Part shown: piece by piece, positions 40,529 through 52,084 of the stretch
Layout: each line of letters starts with the position of its first letter
Numbering within the stretch: the first letter of the stretch is position 1
Assembly: GCA_002189035.1 (NCBI GenBank)
Contig: NEEC01000004.1
Coordinates: forward strand, 3,720,001-3,784,000
Direction of reading: 5' to 3'
Origin: Utricularia gibba
Taxonomy: Eukaryota > Plantae > Magnoliophyta
DNA length: 64,000 nt
Position numbers and translations under genes: made by a program
The notes under the pieces: model-generated
Told to the model about the DNA's origin: nothing
The model's database searches: none
The model's input: the letters and a program-made list of their open reading frames with translations, nothing else

Positions 40529-43500
40529 ATGTCTCAGGTCTCAAGCCTCCGCCTCTTCTTTCCGGCCAACTCTTTCCACAGCCTCACTGCGCCGATTCTT
40601 GTTCCCGATTGTGTTTACTTCTCCCGCTGTTTTCCAGTTTTTCTTCCCTCCTACCTTAAGAGACGCATTTCTACGGTTTCTTCTTCATATTCCAACAAGC
40701 GAAATTCACGGTTTATCAATCGAAAACGTGGCATTATGACGGATGGAGGAACTGAGAAGGATACAGTCCATGACTTAGAAACGGAGGATGGAAACAGGCG
40801 AACAAGTGAGGCTGCTGAAAAGCAAAGTGGGTTCAACAGGAAGAGGGCGGAGGGAAGAGAGGACAGCAGCGGGCCCAGAAAGAATTTGGCGCTTAAAGTT
40901 AGAAAGTTGAATCCGGTTAACACGATTGCTTACCTTCAGGTTAGAAAATGGAACAAGGTCCTTACTCCCTATCTATATTGAACAGTATGAAAATTGCTTT
41001 TTTTTTTTTTGCTTAATTTTGCAGATACTCGGCACTGGAATGGATACACAAGATACGTCGCCATCTGTGCTGCTGTTTTTTGATAAGCAGAGGTTTATTT
41101 TTAATGCTGGAGAGGTGAGTTGAATGCTTTTTCTGTTCTTTCTTTGGCAATGCTTTATTGGTTTTTCTGGTTGCCATTTGGTTTAGTGGCCAATCTATGA
41201 TGGATTTTTTTTTTTTACTTGCTTGAGAATGTGTTACTTTCAATTATAACAAATAGAATATAATAATGCATCACGTCGCTGATTTTTTATTTTTTATTTT
41301 ATACCTCTATGAATTCTTTGCCATGTATCTCTCAGGGGCTTCAACGCTTCTGTAACGAGCATAAAATCAAATTGTCAAAGGTATTTTCTTGTTTTTTTCA
41401 TCTAGATTTATGAGAGCAAGTTTTAGTTGTTTCACTACTATTTTTTCGAATTCAGATTGATCACATATTTTTGTCACGCGTTTGCTCGGAGACTGCTGGT
41501 GGACTTCCCGGTATGTTATCGAACTCCTAATTTGTGTTGCGGTCGATGATTGTGTTGAGAGAAGTTAGATTGTTTCATGAAGGGAGTTTTTTTTCTCTAT
41601 AATTCAGGTCTCTTATTAACTCTGGCTGGCATGGGGGAGGAAGGGTGGCTGTGAGTATAAAGGCAACGACTTTGCTATTGAGTGATTTTTTCAATTTCTG
41701 AAGTATTGCTTGATGTGTAGGTGAATCTTTGGGGTCCCTTGGATCTGAAATATTTCGTTGAGGCTATGAGATCATTCATCCCAAATGCTGCTACGGTTCA
41801 TACACACAGCTTTGGTCTGGCACCTAGTAATAGTGGATCTCCCTCTAGAACGCCTAGAAATCACGACGTGCCTCTTGTTCTTGTCGATGATGAAGTGGTC
41901 AAAATATCAGCTTTGCTCTTAGAAACTAGTGTGGATGTAGCTAAGCCTGGAGGCGTTTCTGTTGTCTATATTTGTGAGCTACCTGAAATTAAGGGTAAAT
42001 TTGATCCTGAGAAGGCTAAAAGTCTTGGTTTGAGACCTGGACCAAAGTATCGTGAACTACAGCTTGGAAATGCAGTTAAATCTGATCGTGATGGTGCCAT
42101 GGTATTATGCTAACCGCCTGACACCATACATCAGAATCGTCCTTTTGAATGTCATATGCACTATTTCTAGCTAATGCCTATGCTGTGATGGATCAGGTAC
42201 ACCCACGTGATGTTCTTGGCCCATCCAGTCCTGGTCCAATTGTATTGCTTGTTGACTGCCCTACGGAATCACATTTTCGTGACTTGGTGTCCAGAGAAAG
42301 CCTTAATCCTTATTATATAGATACGGCATATCAAGTTCCCGAAGGCTCCAAAATTGTGAACTGTGTGGTTCATATGACGCCTGCATGTGTTGCTCAAACG
42401 GATGAATATAGAAATTGGATGTCAAAATTTGCAGCTGCACGGCACATAATGGCAGGCCACGAAATGTTGGTTTTCTTCAAACTTGTCATTCTTTTTGAAA
42501 TGTTTTATTTTGTTATAGCAGTTGATTTTGATTGCTCTCTCATACCTGCAGGAAAAATATTGAAATCCCCATTTTGAAAGCAAGTGCTAGAATAGGAGCT
42601 CGGCTTAATTATATTTGCCCTCAACTCTTTCCATCTTCTGGCATTTGGTCATTGAAGAGCCTGAACATCATGCCAAATCAAGTGAAGCCCATGAAACAGG
42701 TTACCATTTGTCTGGGTTGACACCTTTATTTGAGTCCTTTTTTTATGATAATGAAAGGTGCTTTGTACTGAATTAAAGCTGCGTTGGCTTGCCAGAATGT
42801 TTTAAGAAAGGGCGCGGAAAGTCCAGCGGAGAATCTTCTAAAGGTGTGGAAATTAGCTGAGTTTTCTTAGCGTTTGTTGCTTTTGTTGTTTAGTTTATGT
42901 ATCTGCTTCATGGAGATGCTGATGGTATGTATACTCTGAATAGTTCCATCTCCGCCCCTCTGCAAGTCTTGGAATTGATGCATCATGTGTGCCTAGTAAG
43001 TCATCAACTTCAGATATCATCGATGAGCTACTGTCTGAGATTCCTGAGATTAAGGATGCATCTCTGAGAGCCGCAAAATTCTGGTCAAAAAACAAACAGT
43101 TTACCCTTGGGAGACAACAGCATTGGATGCTGAAAGAAGTGCGAATGAGGAACCATGGCTACATGATGTTGAAAAACCAAGCTGTCTTGAGAACATCTCA
43201 AGAGAAGACATGGAGATTGTCCTACTAGGAACTGGCTCTTCACAGCCCTCCAAGCATCGAAATGTTAGTTCCATACTCATTAATTTATTTTCGAAAGGAA
43301 GTGTCATTTTAGATTGTGGTGAAGGAACATTGGGACAGCTGAAACGAAGGTATTTTCTTTCAAGCTAGTAAACGTAAACTTTGTGTGTTTTGATCTTACA
43401 TGGCTCTTTGTCTTTTTTGACTACAGATTTGGAATCAAGGGAGCTGATGACATTGTCAGGGGCTTAAGGTGCATTTGGATTTCACACATTCATGCGGATC

Positions 43501-44448
43501 ACCATACAGGGTTGGCTAGAATCCTTGCGCTCAGAAAGAGTCTGTTGAATGGAATGCCGCACGAACCTCTCGTAGTCATTGGCCCCAGGCAGCTGAAGAG
43601 ATACCTGGATGCCTACCAGAGACTTGAGGATCTAGATATGCAGTTTCTGGATTGTGGGCTTACCACCGAAACTGCGCTTGTAAATTTCGCATCCTATCGA
43701 GAAGATTCAGCAGCGCCAAGCGGGGATGCTCAGTGTGTAGGCAGTGGCAATCTTGATACGACCCTTTTTGCCAAGGGAAGTCGTATGCAGAGCATTTCAA
43801 TGAGACCACACAATCTTGTGATGCCCATCTTCAGCTCCCTGAAAAAGTCTTTGAAAGAAGCTGGATTGGAAGCACTTATTAGTTTTCCGGTCGTTCACTG
43901 TCCCAATCATTTGGGGTTATCTTGCAAGCCACAGATCGCGTGAATGAAGATGGAAAGAAGATCCCCGGATGGAAAGTCGTCTACTCCGGTGACACAAGGC
44001 CTTGCCCAGAGACTGTCAAGGCTTCCCGGGGAGCAACTGTGCTTATTCATGAGGCAAGTTATTTTAGTATCAACAATCGTAGTCTATTTCTGAGCTCTTC
44101 TTGACCAGAACAAGGCATTATATGTTGCCACCTTACCATTTTCAGGCAACATTCGAAGACGGGCTGATGGAGGAGGCGATTGCACGGAACCACAGCACGA
44201 CTCAGGAGGCAGTCGAAGTTGGGGATTCAGCTGGTGCTTACCGCATCATCCTGACTCATTTCAGTCAGAGATACCCCAAGATTCCAGTGTTTGATGAAGC
44301 GCACATGGATAAAACTTGCATTGCTTTTGACTTGATGAGTGTGAACTTGGCTGATATCCATCTTCTCCCTAGATTACTGCCGTACCTTAAACTATTGTTC
44401 AAAAACGAAACAGAGGATGTAAACTCTGAAACTGCTGCGCTTGTTTAA
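40529..44448 (+). CDS. TRZ3: Long-form tRNase Z (ELAC2-type), multi-exon; three apparent -1 frameshifts
   Basis: [118 protein letters not shown]. Cannot distinguish TRZ3 from TRZ4 orthology. Confidence 0.93.
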
Positions 44449-44501
44449 ACTACAGTTCAGCTTTCCCCATTCTTCAGTTGAATGGCATCATTACTTCATT
44501 C

Positions 44502-44950
44502 TCATTTTCTCATCTTTTCAGTTCCCGAATCCATTTCCAACTTGTGAAAATGAAGCAATACTTGTACCAATGATTCAGAGAAACTACAATCACCAGAACT
44601 AAAGGTTACTCGTTTCATCAGTGAAGGTGTGTCTTGAAGATCAGTAGGTGCCCCAAACTCTAATTTCTCTTGGAGATCAGCAGATAACCCGAACTCCAAA
44701 TTCTCCCGTCCCTTCTTCTCTTCCACGTACTCTTCTAGTCTCCGATTCCACATCTCCTGCGCACAAAATACAAATCCCAGAAGTTGGAAATCTGAGTCTA
44801 CAATGCAAACTGAAATTAGGGAAACAGCACCTTGTATTTGAGCTCAGCGCGGTGCATGAAGTAGAACCCGATGATCCCCCCGACGATTGTACCCGTAATT
44901 ATCCTGACGTATCCCCATCTCCGAGCCCTAACAATCCAATCCGGTTCCAT
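44502..44950 (-). CDS. Small single-pass membrane protein of unknown function, 2 exons
   Basis: MEPDWIVRARRWGYVRIITGTIVGGIIGFYFMHRAELKYK/EMWNRRLEEYVEE... with GT-AG intron 44757-44830. Resembles a conserved small plant protein family as I recall it. Confidence 0.75.
44634..44705. repeat. 36-bp tandem duplication (2 copies) in the small protein's C-terminus
   Basis: Units at 44634 and 44670 encode ENLEFGLSADLQ / EKLEFGAPTDLQ. Confidence 0.8.
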
Positions 44951-45017
44951 GACGCTCCTCGACTGCTGTTTTCTTGGAGGAGAACGAGAGGAATAGCAAT
45001 TGGGTGTACAGACTGCA

Positions 45018-45053
45018 AGCCCAGCCCATTTATGTAAAATACTTTTCTGGGCT
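45018..45053. promoter_or_regulatory. Three site II elements (TGGGCY) in a 190-bp bidirectional promoter
   Basis: AGCCCA at 45018-45023 and 45023-45028 and TGGGCT at 45048-45053, between divergent ATGs at 44950 (-) and 45141 (+). Confidence 0.65.
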
Positions 45054-45140
45054 TCTACGCATTTATTGTCCGAAACCCAAAGTATGAATAATATTGGCAA
45101 CTGCAGGGAAGACCACGGTGATTCGTTTCTCCCAATTTCG

Positions 45141-45646
45141 ATGAGCGCAGGTAACGAGTTCTTCTTGAGTCTTGATTCCGTTGGGGGGTGAATTGGGATT
45201 TAAGGAGCACCTTTGAGTAGTGTGTTTTGACGTTTAGGAGGAGCTTTTGGAGGAAACAGAGGGGCGAGGCCAGTGCCGCCAGAAAAGGGGGTGTTCCCAT
45301 TGGATCATATGCATCTCTGTGACCCCGTTGGCTTTTTACTTTATTCTACTTCATTAAACAAACAAATCTGCCTAAAGAATCCATTTTTTTACCAGTACTA
45401 TTTACTGTAGGAGAAGAAAGTTTATCTGAGTTGTCTAAAGGAATCAGGGCATGCTTCTGAGAAATGCAGACAGTTCACCAAGAAGTACTTGGAATGTCGT
45501 ATGCAAAAGTAATCGACAATGCTTTCTGTTTCATCCTTTCAGACGTAGATGAATATTCATCCCTTTTGCTTTCCATCTGCAGGAATTTGATGGCAAAACA
45601 AGATATGGCAGAACTCGGATTTGGTGAAGAATTAAGTGAATCATAG
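45141..45646 (+). CDS. COX19: Cytochrome c oxidase assembly factor COX19 (twin Cx9C), 4 exons
   Basis: MSA/GGAFGGNRGARPVPPEKGVFPLDHMHLCD.../EKKVYLSCLKESGHASEKCRQFTKKYLECRMQK/NLMAKQDMAELGF; absent from the ORF track because the exons are short. Confidence 0.92.
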
Positions 45647-46119
45647 ATTGCTGGTGCAAAAACATACTACCTCCTTTAACTGATATCTGAGTATGGATTG
45701 AACATTTCTTGTAATCTTCCAATTTGCTAACAAACTTCAAATCGAAGACTGGGAACTCGTCAGTTAGTGATTGTTTGTTATGTTTAGAAAACAAGCAATG
45801 CAAGCTTACAAAATTGAGAAAGAACTTGAGCTTTCGATGCTGAGGTCGTCCTTTTTGCAACTTATTGTTGTATTCGTTTACGATGGAATGCATCTTCTTG
45901 TGGAAAATGCAGTTGTACAGGTTTGAAGAAGATCCAGTATCCTCAGCGCGAGAGAAGAAGCTCGTTTTTTATGTGGATCGAAGTCAAGACAGGAGATTGA
46001 AGTGGGGTCGAACTAAGAGCTGACCCCTTGAACTAGAACCATACAAGTTATATCCAACTTCTCCCAAGATCAAAAATCTCCCCCAGAACCCATACTTCCA
46101 GACTTATCCAAACACAAGA

Positions 46120-47658
46120 ATGCCACTTCTTCTTCAACTCAATTCCCACACCCTAACACCATCATACTCCTCCCAGCTTCCGAGTCTTTACAAATTCCGA
46201 AAACCATCATCCTGCACAAACATCTATCCCCATTTCCCAGCTCGAGCTGTTGAAGCACAACAACAAGCTCCCGTAAATGAAGAGGAAGCAGAAGAGCCTG
46301 CAGTGAACTTGGCCTTTGTCCATGTAAGTAGTCATTTTTTTTTTCATTTAGCGCGTCATCAATAGGATATGAAGCAGATGCGATTTTGGGTAGTCGGTGT
46401 TGCTGCCGGACGGGACGCCGGATGTGCATTACCGGACGGTGCGCGGAGGGCAGAAGCTGAGGAACATAATGCTGGATAACAGCTTGGAATTGTATGGCCC
46501 ATATGTAAGCTGCTAATTTTACTCCTCCTCTTGCTCTTCCAATAATCACCCTTAGATTAAACTCACGTTCCTCCTCGGTGTTTATCAGTCTCGACCTCTT
46601 CTAAATTGCGCCGGAGGAGGAACTTGCGGCACTTGTTTGGTTGAGGTGAGTCGCATTCGCTTCTGCCCCAAAAACTTCACCAACGGTAAAAACTATAACT
46701 GCTCACAAATGTGGTTGCATTCTAATTTTCCCGTATTATATAATCATTCTTTAAAAATAAGAATTGCATAATTATTTCATTCCAATTCTAAACTCAATAT
46801 TTTTTAAAAAATTACAATAAATACCATAATTCAGGGATTGGTGAGATTTTTATGTTGCTATTTACTCACAATTTTCAGGCATGTCTAATTAATAATGCAT
46901 TGTGATTATTTATGTTTAAATAAATGCATATAATATGTTTAATAATATATACATATACAAATTTACATTTAAAATAGTATTATATTTAGTAAATGTGTTT
47001 CGAATATGACGTAAAATAAAACATAGTTTGCGGACTAAAATTTGAAATGTATTTAATAAATGAATATAGATATATTAAATAGCATATGTTAGAGGTTTAA
47101 TATAAAATAAACTTTTATTTTGTTTTTGATAAGTATACGTAGAGGGTTTAAACTTATATAAAATATGTTTTAAATTAAACCGTTTTAATTTAAAATTTTT
47201 TATCAATTATTCATATTAAATACTCCCAAAATGAATCCTAAATCATCTGTTTTTTTAAATGTGTTGGTTAAGATATTTATTTATACCATCAGGTGGTCGA
47301 CGGGAAAGAGCTGCTCAACCCGCGTACGGATAAGGAGAAGGAAAAGCTCAAAAAGGTTTCATGCTCTGCCTTTTTAATTTATTACTTCTACTTACAAAAA
47401 AAAAAAAAAAGAAATTAACCGGGGAACTGATGAATCGCAGAGCCCAAGGACGTGGAGGCTTGCTTGCCAAACCACGGTTGGGAACCCTGATTCCGAGGGC
47501 TGGTTTGTCCATTTTCTTTTTTCTGTAATTTTTTTCATGTATTTAAGTTTTTAAATCCCCATTGAATATTATTTATTCAGGTGGTGATCCAGCAGCTGCC
47601 GGAGTGGAAGGCCCATGAGTGGGTGTATGGAGAGCCCCACCCGAAGGGGAGGATGTAA
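46120..47658 (+). CDS. PNSB3: Photosynthetic NDH subcomplex B3 (2Fe-2S ferredoxin-like), 6 exons; apparent -1 frameshift at 47497-47499
   Basis: NLAFVH/SVLLPDGTPDVH...GGQKLRNIMLD...LYGPY/SRPLLNCAGGGTCGTCLVE/VVDGKELLNPRTDKEKEKLK/..TWRLACQTTVGNPDS/VVIQQLPEWKAHEW. Confidence 0.92.
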
Positions 47659-50600
47659 TCGAAATATGAAGCAAAACATTGTGTTGTGTGCTGGCTCCTC
47701 TTCTCTTCTTCTTGTAATAATCAGGAATGAGAGAAACACAAAGTAGTAGTGAAATGATGAAAGAAGAGAAAAAGTGGCGGATTGGATCCATGGGCATGGG
47801 GGACAGCAATGGGACTGCCACCCCCACCTCAACACCACACAACTCCACGCTCCCATCGCTTAAAAATCTCCTCGCCTGGCTACTGCAATCATCAACTTGG
47901 GAGGTGATTGATTACCCAGGGGCCAGCCCTCCCTCCAAATACGACGCAATGACAGTAGAAAACATTGAGAACTGAGGACTGCGCTTCGCCCATCCCCTTC
48001 ACTTAAAAGTTATAATCGATTCCAATTGAAACCAAAACTGGAAATACAAGTGTTTGTAAGATTTGGGGCAACTTCAAAATATTTGGAACAGGAAAATCAC
48101 ATTTTCAAATCATGCCGAATGGATGGAACCAATGGTTCAAAGCCTACGAATCATCGGTTTTGTTTTTAAATAATACCAAACATCTTTAATAGTCATTATA
48201 AGGGTTTAAAAAAATATTTAAAAGAATATTACGTTTTTCAAATATATTTAACAATTCGTATAAGTATATGTTTATTTTCAAAATACATAATGATTCATGT
48301 GGTATTTGAAAATTAATTTCTAAAAAAATTGTTCCATTCTCATTCGATTTAATATTTTTGGTTTTGATTTTGAACCGAAGCCATAGTATTCGATTTAATA
48401 TTTAAAAATCCGATTTCGAACTAAAACTGGAATCAAAGTTAGCATAGAGCCGCCGTTTATGAATCTACGGTTTCTAATAAACTGTTGTGTTCCAAACCTA
48501 AATCTATCTCAAATCTACCTCCACTTGCTCATCTCCATAGTGAGTGTACTGGGGTAGAAGATGAGAAGCTCCGGCTCCCTCCACTGACTCGGTCATGGAG
48601 AGCAATTAACAAGAAAACAAAATGTCAGCCCTTTTCCTCGCGCGCTCTCTCTGTCTTCCTTAATGAGTAAAATTGAAGATGGGGACTGGGGCAACATGCT
48701 CACACCAAAACCCACCATCAACATCACTCCATGGTCCTTCCCAAACCCCACCCATCACCATTTTTCTTCAATACCTCCCACCCACCAAACCCCTTTTCCC
48801 ATTTCATTTCTCACTCACTCGCCTCATCATCTTACATCTCCCCATTCCCCATTCCTTCCTGCTCTTCTCTTCTCTGAATGTGAATGTGTTCGCTGGGAAA
48901 GCAGTTTTGACTCTTGATGGCTGCGTGTGCTGAGGCCTTGCCTTAGGCTCGAGTTCGAGGACCCAAACCAAGTTTGGTGACCACTCACATTACACGCATG
49001 GGCGCCCGCTATCTCCTTCCGTCGCTATTCATATTCATCCACTTTCGTGTATATCAATATAATATTATTTTCGATTTTCAATATCTATTTTTTAAGATTT
49101 CACATTATTTTTTCATCAGATAAAATATCTTCTACAAAGACATCATGATTTTTTTTTTTACTCTATGACCAATATGGAATACAAATGTCTACACCAAAAA
49201 TGAAAATTGTATAATTTGTTGGCTGAAATGGAATAAAAAACCACAAAAGCAAAAAACTATAAATTTGGTAGTCCAATGTTCTAGAGGTATTTATAAGCTC
49301 TGCTAATGTAAGACTAGGAAGTTGGTTTTGATAATCTAAGATCAACTTAATTATTAAGTAAATTTCCTGCATTACTATATTAATTGAATAATCCAACAAT
49401 AATCACATCGATGTGTATTTGTACAAAACATTGGAATCAATTAATCATCTTTGCGTCGAGGGGAGGAGTTTCAAGCATTTTTTGGAACAAAAATATCAAT
49501 TAGTATACATATAAATATCACAAAAACATAAAATATCATAATTTTAATATTCAAAATACAAAAGTATCACATAAACAAAATAAAATTAAAAATCACTTTT
49601 TTATTTATTCAGGTTCTTAAAATCTTTAATAATACCATTTTTTATAATAATTTCACTTTTTATATAAATTATCAAACTGTTGGTAATAAGTTTATTTTCT
49701 ATCTTGTTATGCAATCTATTTTTAATTATTTCCAAAATTGAAAATACATGTTTTGCACTAGATCCAGAAACTGAAAGTGCAATAAGCAACAACAACAATC
49801 TATCAAGCAAACCTAAGCTCTTTTTTTAACAGTAATTTTTTATTTTTGAAAATACAATAATTAGACGTATCTAGCATTAAATACTACCATCTTATACAAT
49901 TATTTAAAATATACCCTTGGTTCCAACTTAAAACATTAAATATGATGACACGTCTTGTCCGTAGACTTTTGTAGCTCATATATTGTACATAAACATAAGC
50001 TCTGTCTTATTCGAGTTAATCATGGAAAAACTCTCAACCAAGAATCGGTTACTATTATGCCAAAAACCACATTGGCTAAATGGAACACCCAAATCGACGT
50101 GGTGCTAAAATGGATCAAAACAAAAACAAAGATAAAAAGGACAGAATATAACACGTGGAATGGGTTGTCTACTAGTAAGCGTAGCAGAAACATAATTGTG
50201 TCGGTGGTTTAGTTTAAGGGCCTAAAAAGACATTCCGAGTACGAATAAATAAATCAGTTGAATAATAGCAACAATTAATGATAATATATTTTGCAGTATT
50301 TGGTACGTCCATGGGTTGGGTTGTATGTCATGCATGGCATGGCATGGGATGGGGGGCATCATTTATGATGATGGACACCCACTCCATGTCCTTAAATTAC
50401 CACACTACCCCCGTAAACATTTAAAAAAATGGGATTTCATTTATTAGGATGGCACTTAAGGACACATGCGGAACATTAGGACACTTGGTAGATGGATAAC
50501 TCTTTCTACTACCTACAACCTAGTTAAGGATCCCTACTAGGACAACCCTAGTGTAGTGTAGTGTAGTGTAAGGATCCCCCTGCCCTGCCCTCCTATTTAT

Positions 50601-52084
50601 ACCTCTTTTTGGACACGGCATGCTATTGTGTATTTATTTATCATCTTTTGGTATCCTCAAAATAATCTAAGAAAGACTATGCATCAACTTGGACCTTTAT
50701 AATTCCATTTGCTTTTTGTTTTCCTTTGGATTGGTAAGTTTGATCCAGCAATCCATTTACCACTATTTACATTCAAATGTAAGAATATAATTTAAATCAT
50801 GGTTGATAATATATATATATATATTTTTACGTTTGTAAGCATTAAAGCAAACAATTCTACATAAAAAAAAATTAAAAAAAATAATCATGTGTATAAAATA
50901 TTATGGATCCTTAATAATAGATTTAATCTATTTTTTTCTTATTTAATTCATATTTTTTATTTATTTAAATTTTACATGTACTTGTACAACTTATTGAATT
51001 TTTAATTTTAACAGTAAATATGTATTTATTTAAATCTACGTGTATTTAATAAATATTTATGCACTATATATATACTTGTAAAAAAATTGCATAACTTTTC
51101 TAAATAACTCTATTTTTTAAAAAATATATTTCACAAGAGTTTTTATTTATTTATTTTTATATATTAAATATAATTACTATTATTTTAAATATATATCTGT
51201 AAAATTTATGTATCAAATATATTTTAAATTTCAATCAAACGATATATATTTATTTGAAAATAAATAATTTCAATGTACTAATTAAATTTTCCTATCCTTT
51301 TTAATTCCATTTCTAATCAAGTTGAATTTCAATTGTTATTTTTTTGATTACCCGAGGCCAAGGCCCCTACCTACGCTTGATTGGATACTAGAGTTATAAA
51401 TTGAGGATCTTGGAGATAAAGACTAAAGATGAAAACGATGATCACATCGGATCAAAATGTCCATTTATTAATATAAATTATTACAATATAGTGCATATGA
51501 AATGTATTTAAAATATTTAAATTAAACGGGAGATTAAAAAATTATTATTTATTTGGATGCCATCTTTTTATGTATTACCCTTATTGATTTATTTTTAATA
51601 GCCACAAAAAAAGGGGGAAGGAAGAAGACGGTGACTGAGCTGTAAGTATACACACACACATACACGCACATTTATAGAGAGGGGGAGAGTAAGTGAATCC
51701 TCCCTCCCCTGTGCATTGGTTGCCACCGAACTCAACGGTAGGATCAGAAGCGATTAAGAGGAAGGAAGCTCCCTCCCGGAAGCATCATCAGATCTGAGGA
51801 TTCATGATTTTCCTCTCATTTGACTTTCCGTTTGTTTTGATGCTCATTGCAAGGGAGTAGAGCCTGCATTTGTCTCTTGAATAATCTGTCTTGCCTGTGG
51901 GATTTTCCGCCCTTGTATCCACATAAAACCCATTTTGAAACTCGAGGTGGGTAATCGGGATTTCTCACGCATTGGTAGTTTGACAACGGATGGGGCTCTC
52001 CGGCGGTGGCCGCTGGGCCTCTGCTGATGCTGCTGAGGATGTGGGGAAAATGAGGCGGTATTGAAAAATGTTTAAGTCGGCGAA

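Noticed and set aside
47573-47975. Several 80-95 aa ORFs on both strands after PnsB3
   Set aside because: No domain, splice structure or signal peptide; consistent with 3' UTR or intergenic sequence.
48676-48865. ATGGGGACTGGGG pairing with CCCCATTCCCCAT, reminiscent of miR482/2118; nearby TCTTGATGGCTGC resembling miR172
   Set aside because: Only about 13 bp pair across a long unpaired loop; both matches need indels, and purine/pyrimidine-rich tracts pair like this by chance.
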